NCBI GenBank assembly: GCA_038231435.1
Contig: JBBRLJ010000002.1
Location: forward strand, 32,001 to 96,000
Length of the DNA stretch: 64,000 bases
Source: Planctomycetota bacterium
GTDB lineage: Bacteria; Planctomycetota; UBA11346
Direction of reading: 5' to 3'
Positions 39,956 through 48,483 of this stretch are shown one piece after another (positions within the stretch are counted from its first letter, which is position 1; each line of letters starts with the position of its first letter). The translations under genes and the position numbers were made by a program. Under the pieces are notes generated by a model, which worked only from the letters and a program-made list of their open reading frames with translations, did no database searches and was not told where the DNA came from.

Positions 39956-40894
39956 GTGCAAGCCACCATCGACACCGCCTCGGCCCTCAACCGTTTCGTC
40001 GGATCCGCCGACCAGCAGGCGTTCAGGGAGATCCTGACCACCTACCAGCCGATGGTGTTCGCGGTCTGCCGCCGGGTACTCGGCACGAGCGCCGACGCCG
40101 AGGACGCCACCCACGAGACCTTCATCAAGCTCTCACGCCACGCCTCGTCGATTCGCGGCAGCCTCGGCTCGTGGCTCTACACCTGTGCGCTGAACGTTTC
40201 GCGCGATGCGCGCCATGCCGCGATCTCGCGGCGCCAGCGCGAGCGTGAATTCAGCGGCCAGGCGAACGAGCCGCAGGAGCCTGCCTTCGACGCTGACGAG
40301 TACGCGCTGCTCAACCGCTGCATGGCCCAGCTCGAGGATCAGGATCGCGAGGTCATCGCGCTCTATTATTTCCTCGATCTCACCCAGGAGCAGATCGCCG
40401 TCCGCCATGGCATCACCCAGGTCGCGGTGAAGCGCCGCCTGGATCGCGCGATCCGCGCGTTGCGCTACACGCTCGTGCGCAACGGCTTCGACCTCTCCAC
40501 CGCCTCCAACGGGCGCGCGTGCGGCATCACCTGCGAGGGCGAGGTCGATCTGGTGGCGCTCGGCGCGGTGCTGATCGCGATGCTGCTCGATGGGCCCGGG
40601 CTGCTGTCGCAGGCCGGCCAGGTATCCCAATGCTCATCGGTGATGACCTGGGGCGATGGGCTCGGCAGGCGAGGGGCCGCGATCACCCATGGCCTGATGC
40701 AGACCTCGGACGAGGGGTTGACTGGCCGTCGGCGCACCGTGTACCGCATGACGGCGCTGTCCTGGCCGGCGCGCGGCTGGCACGGCGTGCTGTCGGCCGT
40801 GGAACTCGCCCATGATGCCGCGGATGTCGTTGTCCGGCTGCTGCGCGATGCGTCGTCTTCGCTGCGTGGAGTCTTCGCCCACGCGCGTCGCTGA
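39956..40894 (+). CDS. ECF sigma-70 factor (ECF57-like) with C-terminal extension
   Basis: QPMVFAVCRRVLG..ADAEDA...F, LGSWLY, region 4 LTQEQIA. Confidence 0.85.
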   Translation: MQATIDTASALNRFVGSADQQAFREILTTYQPMVFAVCRRVLGTSADAEDATHETFIKLSRHASSIRGSLGSWLYTCALNVSRDARHAAISRRQREREFSGQANEPQEPAFDADEYALLNRCMAQLEDQDREVIALYYFLDLTQEQIAVRHGITQVAVKRRLDRAIRALRYTLVRNGFDLSTASNGRACGITCEGEVDLVALGAVLIAMLLDGPGLLSQAGQVSQCSSVMTWGDGLGRRGAAITHGLMQTSDEGLTGRRRTVYRMTALSWPARGWHGVLSAVELAHDAADVVVRLLRDASSSLRGVFAHARR

Positions 40895-41173
40895 TCCAGA
40901 TGACCCGCCGTGGGGGTCAGAATGGTGACCATTGGGCGGACCTGTCCTCATCGGAATCGCAGTACGAGGCCTCGCCTCTACTCTCTCCGTTAAATCGATT
41001 CAAACGTTGCGAAATAAGAAGGACGTACAGATCCAGTCCGCCAAGACATGCAACTGCACCACACGCACCGTCAAGGGGCCGTACCATCCCCCAAGCCCTG
41101 CGTGTAATGCCTTGTATACGCTGTGTTCCGCCCAATTTGGCAATCATCGGCTACCTTTTCGAGGATACCTCCC

Positions 41174-42406
41174 ATGCACCTCCGCTGGCCACTCGCGCTG
41201 CTCCCGCTGCTCTGCTTCGCCATGTGGTCGTGCGACCATGGAGCCGCGGGCAAAGTGCTCGCCGGCGGACCCGGTAGCGCATCGCAGTTCGACATCGTCC
41301 CGCCCATTCCGAGCGTGCCGGTTGCCTACGGCACCTACGTGGTGCAGATCACCCAGATCATCACCGCGCCGCTCGGCCTGAACGACCGCTTCGCCGCGCT
41401 CGGCGACTCGACGACCATCGTGCTCGCCGCGGGTCCGTCGAGCAACACCATCTCGATCGGCGGCGCGTACATCGATCCGCGCATCGACGATTCGATACTG
41501 CTGACCGATCGAGGCCTCAATAGCTGGTCGGCGCAGGTCGGTTTCTCGGGCTCCGCCGCGACGCTCACCCTCACCACCAACGCGGCCGGCTTCCCGATCA
41601 CCTATTCCGTCGCCACGCTCTCGACCTCGACCCTCGGCGCCCAGATCTCTAGCACTCGCATCCGCTCCAATTTCGCGAGCCCTCCCGGAGCGCCGGTAGG
41701 GCTGTGGATGGCGCGGGTGAACACCAGCTCGAACGCCAGCCGTCCGCCGCTGGTCGGCGATTTCTACGAGTACGTGATGGCCCCCAGAGGCCTCGCGCAG
41801 TGGGAGCAGGATGATTTCCAGCAGGCGTACTTCGCCGTTCCCGGCGGCATCGCGGCGCAGTTCACCACCTATTCGCCCACGCGCACCACCGGCGCGCCGC
41901 CGAACATCGAGTTCTATGACATGTTCAATGCGCCGCTGTTCACCACCGGCACGTACACCGAGACCGAGCATGAAGGCCAGACCACCGAGATCACCGGTCA
42001 ATGGTTTCCGATTTCACCAATCAACACCAGCGGAAATTTCACTGGCAAGGTGCGCGGGCCGAACGGCCTCTACCAGAGCTTCCCCTACATCCTCGTGGAC
42101 AACGTCTCGGACATGCTCTTCACCGTCGCCGGCACCACCGTGACCTTGACGGTCGGCACCATCACCAATGCCTTCATCATCACTCGCCTGGATACCGACC
42201 GCACCACGCTGCTGCGCACCATGACCGCGTACCGCAAGATCGATGCCGCGACCTACGAGAAGTTCACCCTCACCCGCAACGTCACCATGGGCACCCCGGT
42301 GCTCGCGAACAGCGGATGCCGGATCGACGTGCAGACCTACCGCATCGCGTCGCCCGCCGACATCCAACTCGGCTCGTACTTCGTGTCGCCCATCACCAAG
42401 ATGTGA
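41174..42406 (+). CDS. Putative beta-rich lipoprotein
   Basis: GAGGA RBS; LCFAMWSC lipobox-like; Thr-rich beta composition. Confidence 0.75.
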   Translation: MHLRWPLALLPLLCFAMWSCDHGAAGKVLAGGPGSASQFDIVPPIPSVPVAYGTYVVQITQIITAPLGLNDRFAALGDSTTIVLAAGPSSNTISIGGAYIDPRIDDSILLTDRGLNSWSAQVGFSGSAATLTLTTNAAGFPITYSVATLSTSTLGAQISSTRIRSNFASPPGAPVGLWMARVNTSSNASRPPLVGDFYEYVMAPRGLAQWEQDDFQQAYFAVPGGIAAQFTTYSPTRTTGAPPNIEFYDMFNAPLFTTGTYTETEHEGQTTEITGQWFPISPINTSGNFTGKVRGPNGLYQSFPYILVDNVSDMLFTVAGTTVTLTVGTITNAFIITRLDTDRTTLLRTMTAYRKIDAATYEKFTLTRNVTMGTPVLANSGCRIDVQTYRIASPADIQLGSYFVSPITKM

Positions 42407-42999
42407 TGCCGATGCCGATGCGGGATCATCTGGGCGCGCTCGCGGCGACGGCCGCCATCGCCGTGGTCTTCGCCGTGTCGACGTACGCGACCTGGCCCTC
42501 ACCCGGGCTGAACGCTCTGGCCACCCGGTCGTCCGCCCAGGCTTGCGCTCCAGCCCCCTCCTCGGTCGAGACTTCCTCCCTAGCAACAGCAGCTCGCCTC
42601 GAGGCCAGCGGCGCGATAACCTCGGACCTCTCCGCATCCGCATCTCCTCGATCGAGGGCGTCTTCCAGCCCACGCATCGGCACGGCTCCGACCTCGACCT
42701 GGAATACCGCCGGTCGCGTCTCCAGTGCGGGCGCGTCCCGCCACCCGGCCGGAGCTTCCGCCGGATCCTCCGTGTCTGAGGGCGTGGCTGAGGGCAATCC
42801 GCTTCCCGATGACTCCGTCGCTGAGACCACCCGCTCCAGCTCTCCCGTTTCTGGCGCTGCCTCGGAACACGGCCGGATGGAACTCGGCCAGGGCGTCTAC
42901 CACAACCGCGTCGCCGGTTCCTGGGTCAACGTGCCTCCGCCCGACCGCCATTATCAGGGCAGCGCATCGGATCCGCTCGCGCCGAGCGGCGCAGGCTGA
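42406..42999 (+). CDS. Ser-rich hypothetical exported or membrane protein
   Basis: Start overlaps the upstream stop (TGATG); N-terminal TM. Confidence 0.55.
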   Translation: MPMPMRDHLGALAATAAIAVVFAVSTYATWPSPGLNALATRSSAQACAPAPSSVETSSLATAARLEASGAITSDLSASASPRSRASSSPRIGTAPTSTWNTAGRVSSAGASRHPAGASAGSSVSEGVAEGNPLPDDSVAETTRSSSPVSGAASEHGRMELGQGVYHNRVAGSWVNVPPPDRHYQGSASDPLAPSGAG

Positions 43000-43002
43000 G
43001 CA

Positions 43003-43764
43003 TCACGCGGCGTTCGTGCCACTGACGTCGCGAACGCCACCGACGCGCCGGCAAATCAGCATCACCTCGTCGACACCCGCGCCGTCCACCAGTCCGGGAG
43101 CGAACGCCAGAGGCTTCTGGAAGCGCAGCCCGATCGGCAGGAACAGCCGGTTGTAGAAGAACATCGCACGCCGTCGGCAGTTCTTGAGCCACCACATGCC
43201 GAATCGCAGCAACCATGTGTTCGTCGGCTGCATGCCGAAGATCGCGCTGCGCTCGAGCGTGAAGCCGTGCTCGGTGATGCGCGAGAGCAGGAGCTCGGGT
43301 TCGTAGCGGCGGAAGTGTCCGACCATCGCGTCGAACTCGGTCCAGACCGAGGGATGCAGCGGCACTGAGAACACCAGAGTGCCACCGGGCTTGAGGACGC
43401 GCGACAGCTCGCGGAACACCGCGAGATCATCGGCGACGTGCTCGACCACGTCGAAGGCGCACACCAGGTCGAAGCTGCGATCCGGGAAAGGCAACGCGGT
43501 GGCGTCGCCGCGCTCGGCATGGCCGCCGTGCTCGGTCAGCTGGGCAATGGCTGGCGGGCTGATGTCCACGAACGAGGTACCGGCAATCGGCAGGCGCGGG
43601 CGCAGGCCCGGGCCGACCTCGAGCCGATCCTTGGCGCCGGCGGCAAGCTCGGAGAGCGCCGGCCAGGTATTGAAGCGCTCGGGCTTCTGCAGCACCGCGT
43701 CACGCCACAGGGCGTCGTAGAAGGCGCGGTTGACCGCGGTGATGTCGACGACGTCGCTGGGCAT
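43003..43764 (-). CDS. Class I SAM-dependent methyltransferase
   Basis: LEVGPG, GDATALPF, FDVVEH, LKPGG. Confidence 0.9.
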   Translation of the reverse strand: MPSDVVDITAVNRAFYDALWRDAVLQKPERFNTWPALSELAAGAKDRLEVGPGLRPRLPIAGTSFVDISPPAIAQLTEHGGHAERGDATALPFPDRSFDLVCAFDVVEHVADDLAVFRELSRVLKPGGTLVFSVPLHPSVWTEFDAMVGHFRRYEPELLLSRITEHGFTLERSAIFGMQPTNTWLLRFGMWWLKNCRRRAMFFYNRLFLPIGLRFQKPLAFAPGLVDGAGVDEVMLICRRVGGVRDVSGTNAA

Positions 43765-43868
43765 CGCCAGAGCGTATGCGCCCAGGCCGCGCCGCCAATC
43801 GGCCTGCCTCGCCCAGCGGACGAGACGAATTGCGTGGTCGCGGGCCCGCACCCCGCCATCCTGCGCGG

Positions 43869-45800
43869 ATGCGGCGTGCGTTGGAATCGGCGTGCGCCTG
43901 CCTGCTGTGGCTCGGGTCGATGCTCAGCTGCGGCGCGCACGCCGTGGATGCGCCCGCCGTGGGTGCGGTAGGCCCTGGTGAGCCAGGGCCGCCGACGCCG
44001 GTCTATGCCTGCCATGAGACCATCGCGACCAACGAGCAGCTCGGCATCGCCGCCTCGCTCGACCCCTACGATCCGACCCAGGTACGCGTGGATGCGCAGC
44101 TCACCGCCCCCGATGGCGACGTCGTGGTCCAGCCATGCTTCTGGCAGGTGCCGCAGCAGGCGTGGACTCAGACCGCATTCTCGACCGAGCAGAAGCAGGA
44201 CGTGCCGTGGGAACGCTTCCGCGATCATGCTGCCGGGCGCTGGTGCCTGCGCTTCTCGCCCGACCGGCGCGGCGCCTGGTCGTACCGCTACGCGATCACC
44301 CAGGGCACGCGCACCGCGGTGCGCGCCGGCGGCTCGTTCACCGCCGAGCCGCTCCTGCCCGCGGGATCCGGGCCGATCGCGCTGTCCAAGAACCGTCGCG
44401 CCTTCGTGACCGCCGATGGCTCGCCGTACGTGCCGGTGGGCATCAATTGCGGCTGGCCGACCGAAGCCGGCTCGCGGGTATACGCCGAATGGCTGGCGCG
44501 CTTGTCCGGAGCTGGAGGCAACGCCACGCGGCTGTGGCTGGTGCACTACTACGGCGGCACCTCGCTCGAGTGGTCGAAGTCAGGCGTCAACGACGGCTAT
44601 GCCGGCGTCGGCGCCTACAGCCAGGAGTCCGCCGAGCGCGTCGATCGCATCCTCGCCGAGGCCGAGCGGCGCGGTGTGCGGGTCATGCTCTGCCTCTATA
44701 CCTTCGGCGACACCAACTGGGATTGGCAGCTGAATCCGTATGCACGCGCGGCCGGCGGCTGGCTCGACCATCCACGGCAGTTCATCACCGATGCGCGCGC
44801 CCGCGCCGCAACGCGCGCGCTCCTGCGCTACCAGGTCGCGCGCTGGGGGCACAGCCGGGCGTTGTGGGCGTGGGAGATGTGGAACGAGGTCGAGACCTCC
44901 GAGGCTTTCGACGATCGCGCGGTCCTCGACTGGCACCGGGAGATGTGCGGCGAGATCAAGCGCCTCGACGCCCATCACCATCTGGTGACCACCGACTACC
45001 GGTTCACCCCCCCGGCCAGCGCCTGCAGCGCCTACGCCCTCGCGCAGATCGATTTCGTGCAGCTGCACACCTATTGGCCGCTGATCACTGAGGGCTTCCA
45101 GGTCGAGATCGAGCACCTCCAGCCGTTCGCCAAACCGGTGGTGATCGGCGAATACGGCCTGCACGTCGGTCCGGAATCCCTCGCGGCCGATCCCGCCGGC
45201 GAGCACCTGCACGACGGCTTGTGGGGCGGTCTGTTCTGCGGCAGCGTGGGCGGAGGCATGGGCTGGTGGTGGGATGTCTACGTTCACCCTCGCGATCTCT
45301 ACGGCCACTGCACCGGGCTCGCCCGGTTCACCGCCGGCGAATCGCTCGACGATCTCTCGCCGGTGCCTGCGGACACCGGCGAAGCCGGCGCGCCGGCGCT
45401 CGCGCTGGCATCCGACGACCGCGTGTGGGCGTGGATCCGCAATGCGCGCGACGTGCGCGTGAAGGGCTTCCAAGTCGTCGCCTATCGCGTGCCCGCGCTC
45501 GGGGTCGCGAAACGGGTGGTGGTCGCCGGGAACCGCGCCGGCAACTGGGCAGTCGATGTCATCGATACGTATGACGGCACGTGGATGTCGAGTACGCGCG
45601 CGACCGGCACCGCCGAAGGGCTCGCGATCGAGCTGCCGCCGTACCGTCACGATGTCGCGCTCAAGGCGCGACGGATCAGCGCCGGGCAGCAGGCCGACGG
45701 CGCTTCGCGGATGGGTCCGCCCGATCCGACGCCTTGGCACGAGCGCGTGTCTTCGCAGATGCCTTCGACCCCGACGTTGCCGCCAGCGAAGCAGCCATAG
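43869..45800 (+). CDS. DUF5060 plus GH5-like (clan A) glycoside hydrolase
   Basis: DPYD..V..., W..RF.P...G.W.Y; acid/base WNE; nucleophile IGEYG; WWW. Confidence 0.82.
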   Translation: MRRALESACACLLWLGSMLSCGAHAVDAPAVGAVGPGEPGPPTPVYACHETIATNEQLGIAASLDPYDPTQVRVDAQLTAPDGDVVVQPCFWQVPQQAWTQTAFSTEQKQDVPWERFRDHAAGRWCLRFSPDRRGAWSYRYAITQGTRTAVRAGGSFTAEPLLPAGSGPIALSKNRRAFVTADGSPYVPVGINCGWPTEAGSRVYAEWLARLSGAGGNATRLWLVHYYGGTSLEWSKSGVNDGYAGVGAYSQESAERVDRILAEAERRGVRVMLCLYTFGDTNWDWQLNPYARAAGGWLDHPRQFITDARARAATRALLRYQVARWGHSRALWAWEMWNEVETSEAFDDRAVLDWHREMCGEIKRLDAHHHLVTTDYRFTPPASACSAYALAQIDFVQLHTYWPLITEGFQVEIEHLQPFAKPVVIGEYGLHVGPESLAADPAGEHLHDGLWGGLFCGSVGGGMGWWWDVYVHPRDLYGHCTGLARFTAGESLDDLSPVPADTGEAGAPALALASDDRVWAWIRNARDVRVKGFQVVAYRVPALGVAKRVVVAGNRAGNWAVDVIDTYDGTWMSSTRATGTAEGLAIELPPYRHDVALKARRISAGQQADGASRMGPPDPTPWHERVSSQMPSTPTLPPAKQP

Positions 45801-46356
45801 ACGACAGACGCGCTCGCGACGGGATGCCGGCGGGCCGCTTGCCCCGACGGGTCGCGGTGGCCATGCGCGCCAGCAGGTCCCGGTCGTGCTCGTCGCGGTA
45901 GGGTTGCTGATCGAGGTCCGCCGGCAGTCGTTGAAGGCGCTCGTCGCCGATGCGCTTGATGTAGCGCTGCATGGCGCGGTCGTAGCCGCGCCAGCCGACG
46001 CCGTCCGCCCGCACCGCTGCCTCCTCGGCGCGCAGCGCGATCTGGTGCGCATGCTGGTAATGCAAGCCGAGCTGGTCGAGCAGGGTCTTCTCGACCGCCT
46101 CGTGCAGGACCAGGTAGCGGTCGGTAGCGATCGACTTGCCGCCGATCATGAAGCTGCGCGGCAGGTGGCGGTCGATGTAGATGACGTCCCCGTTCTGGCT
46201 GTAGCCCGCCAGGTAGGGGATATCGTGTTTGCGGTCCAGGGTGACGCGCTTGAGGATCGCGTCGAGCGCGCGGTCGAGCATCAGGCTCGACACGTACCAG
46301 TCGGGGAGGCGGAGCTTCTGGTGCGCGGCGATGGGATGGCAGCTGTCGGTGGGCAT
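45676..46356 (-). CDS. Hypothetical protein with HExxE and HxH motifs
   Basis: DIPYLAGYS...YIDRH, VLHEAVEK, YQHAHQIA; 3' end overlaps the convergent gene. Confidence 0.7.
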   Translation of the reverse strand: MPTDSCHPIAAHQKLRLPDWYVSSLMLDRALDAILKRVTLDRKHDIPYLAGYSQNGDVIYIDRHLPRSFMIGGKSIATDRYLVLHEAVEKTLLDQLGLHYQHAHQIALRAEEAAVRADGVGWRGYDRAMQRYIKRIGDERLQRLPADLDQQPYRDEHDRDLLARMATATRRGKRPAGIPSRARLSSMAASLAATSGSKASAKTRARAKASDRADPSAKRRRPAARR

Positions 46357-46429
46357 GCCCCGATGATCACCGCCGGGCGCGCGCTATCCATGATGGATCC
46401 GAGAGGCATCCACCACCGAGTGCACGGGT

Positions 46430-47002
46430 TTGACCGCGTCGTCCGGCCGCGACACTGCGGGCGTGACCACGCCACGCCATCCACCGTCCCAGCGCCCGGA
46501 ACGCGACGATTACTACATGGGCATCGCGCTGGCGGTGAAGCGCCGCGCGAACTGCCTCGGCAGCCACGTCGGCGCGGTGCTGGTGCTCGACGACCGCATC
46601 ATCTCGACCGGCTACAACGGCACGCCGGCGGGCATGGTCAATTGCGACCAGGGCGGCTGCGAGCGCTGCGCCAACCGCGGCAAGACCTACGTCTCCGGCC
46701 AGGGCTACGACATCTGCATCTGCGTCCACGCCGAGCAGAACGCGCTGCTCACCGCCGCGCGCTTCGGCATCGCGGTCGCGGGTTCCATCTGCTACGCGAC
46801 CAAGCGCCCGTGCTTCGGCTGCACCAAGGAGCTGCTCCAGGCCGGCATCCGCGCCGTGCGCTACCAAGAGGACTGGCGGCATCCGGACGAGACCCTGCGC
46901 GCGATGTACGAGCAGATGCAGAAGACCTTTTCCGGCGGCTGCGTGGCGGTGCCGCCGGAAGCCCCCGCGGCTGCCGTGCCAGGGACGGATCCCGCGGCTT
47001 GA
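46430..47002 (+). CDS. dCMP deaminase family protein
   Basis: TGYNG, HAEQN, PCFGC; start may be 46463. Confidence 0.92.
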   Translation: MTASSGRDTAGVTTPRHPPSQRPERDDYYMGIALAVKRRANCLGSHVGAVLVLDDRIISTGYNGTPAGMVNCDQGGCERCANRGKTYVSGQGYDICICVHAEQNALLTAARFGIAVAGSICYATKRPCFGCTKELLQAGIRAVRYQEDWRHPDETLRAMYEQMQKTFSGGCVAVPPEAPAAAVPGTDPAA

Positions 47003-47111
47003 TTCCGCGCACGTCTCGGCAGCGAGCGGCGCGGCCTGTAGCGGGTTTCGCAGGCTCGTCTCGTCGTGCAAGGCGGCGGGCGATCCAATGCCGGCACTCG
47101 AAAGGAACCAC

Positions 47112-47483
47112 ATGCACAAGGTCCTCTCTCCGCGCGCTCATGGCGTTCTCGACTACGCCGTGGTCGCGACCTTCCTGCTGGCACCCAGCCTCCTCGCCTT
47201 CTCGGGAACCCCGGCGACCCTGTGCTACCTCCTGGCTGGCGCGCATCTGGCGCTGACGCTCCTCACCGCCTTCCCGCTCGGGCTCCTGAAGCTCATCCCC
47301 TTCCCGGCGCACGGTCAGCTCGAGCTGATCATCGGCTGCGCGCTGGTCGTGATGCCGTGGTTCGCCGCCTTCGGCAACGACGCCAAGGCACGCTGGTTCT
47401 TCATCCTCGCCGGCCTGGTGCTGCTAGGTGTCCGAGCTGTGACCGACTACCGCGCCGCCTCCCGAGCACCCTCCTTAGATTGA
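47112..47483 (+). CDS. Small membrane protein (SPW-repeat-like)
   Basis: HGVLDY, four TM segments, AAGGA RBS. Confidence 0.8.
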   Translation: MHKVLSPRAHGVLDYAVVATFLLAPSLLAFSGTPATLCYLLAGAHLALTLLTAFPLGLLKLIPFPAHGQLELIIGCALVVMPWFAAFGNDAKARWFFILAGLVLLGVRAVTDYRAASRAPSLD

Positions 47484-47490
47484 TTGGATG

Positions 47491-47690
47491 GCGCGGGGGC
47501 TCCGCCCCCGGCCGCAGACCAGCGTACCCGGGGGCCCCATCGCCCCGCGATGGGGCGGGCGCCAGAGGGGCGGTCGGCGGATATAATCGGCGCAGCCGAT
47601 CCGCCGACGATGTCGCAGCGTAGCGGAGACATCGAGCCCCGACAAAGCCCGTGGGGTAGGCCCGGAGGGCCGTAGGGGCAGCGCCCCTGG
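47491..47690 (-). repeat. Reverse subtype-A structured repeat preceded by a subtype-B 5' hairpin
   Basis: Reverse complement reads AGGGGC-GCT-GCCCCTACGGCCC...CTTTGTCG...GTCGGCGGATCGGC...ATCCGCCGAC. Confidence 0.9.
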
Positions 47691-47720
47691 CAGCCGTCTG
47701 GCGCTTCGGCCAGACGGCTG
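47691..47720. terminator. Perfect 12-bp hairpin
   Basis: CAGCCGTCTGGC-GCTTCG-GCCAGACGGCTG, 12 nt before the hisH start. Confidence 0.5.
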
Positions 47721-47732
47721 ATACTAAAAGCC

Positions 47733-48341
47733 ATGATCGCCATCCTGGATTACCAGGCGGGAAACATCACCTCGGTGCGCCGCGCCTTCGCCAGCCTCGG
47801 GCAGGAGGCGGTGGTGACCGCGGATCCCGCCATCGTCGCCAGCGCCGATCGCGTGGTGTTCCCGGGCGTCGGCGCTGCCGGCAGTTGCATGGCCAATCTG
47901 CGTAGCGCCGGCCTCGACCGCTCGCTACGCGAGATCGCCGCGAGCGGCAAGCCGCTGCTGTGCGTCTGCATCGGCCTGCAGCTGCTCTTCGATTGGAGCG
48001 ACGAGGACGGTGGCGTCGCCTGCCTGGGGCTGCTGCCAGGACGGGTGGTGCGCTTCGCGCCGTCAGACCCGTCGATCAAGGTGCCGCACATGGGCTGGAA
48101 CGACGTCGCATTCGCCGCCGACGACCCGCTCGCGGGTGCTCTCCCCGATCGGCATTTCTACTTCGTGCACAGCTACCACTGCGTGCCCGGACCAGGCGTA
48201 CAGGTGATCGCCGAAGCGGATCATGGCGGCCGCTTCTGCGCGGGCGTGCGCCGCGGCAACCTGGCGGCGGTGCAATTCCACCCCGAGAAGAGCGGCCCAG
48301 CCGGATTGGCGCTGCTGCGCAATTTTCTGGCCTCGGCCTAG
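47733..48341 (+). CDS. hisH: Imidazole glycerol phosphate synthase, glutamine amidotransferase subunit
   Basis: PGVG, CIGLQLL, VPHMGWN, YFVHSY, QFHPEKS. Confidence 0.96.
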   Translation: MIAILDYQAGNITSVRRAFASLGQEAVVTADPAIVASADRVVFPGVGAAGSCMANLRSAGLDRSLREIAASGKPLLCVCIGLQLLFDWSDEDGGVACLGLLPGRVVRFAPSDPSIKVPHMGWNDVAFAADDPLAGALPDRHFYFVHSYHCVPGPGVQVIAEADHGGRFCAGVRRGNLAAVQFHPEKSGPAGLALLRNFLASA

Positions 48342-48483
48342 CTCGCTTCGATACCCAAGGTGCCGGCTTCGGTCGCGGCCAAGACCACAAGCCGACGAGG
48401 CGGTAACACCGGCCCGACACCCTGGCGCCGGCGACGCGATCGGCGATGTCGCGCGCGTTCCGCCGTGTTGGAATCAGGGCGCC

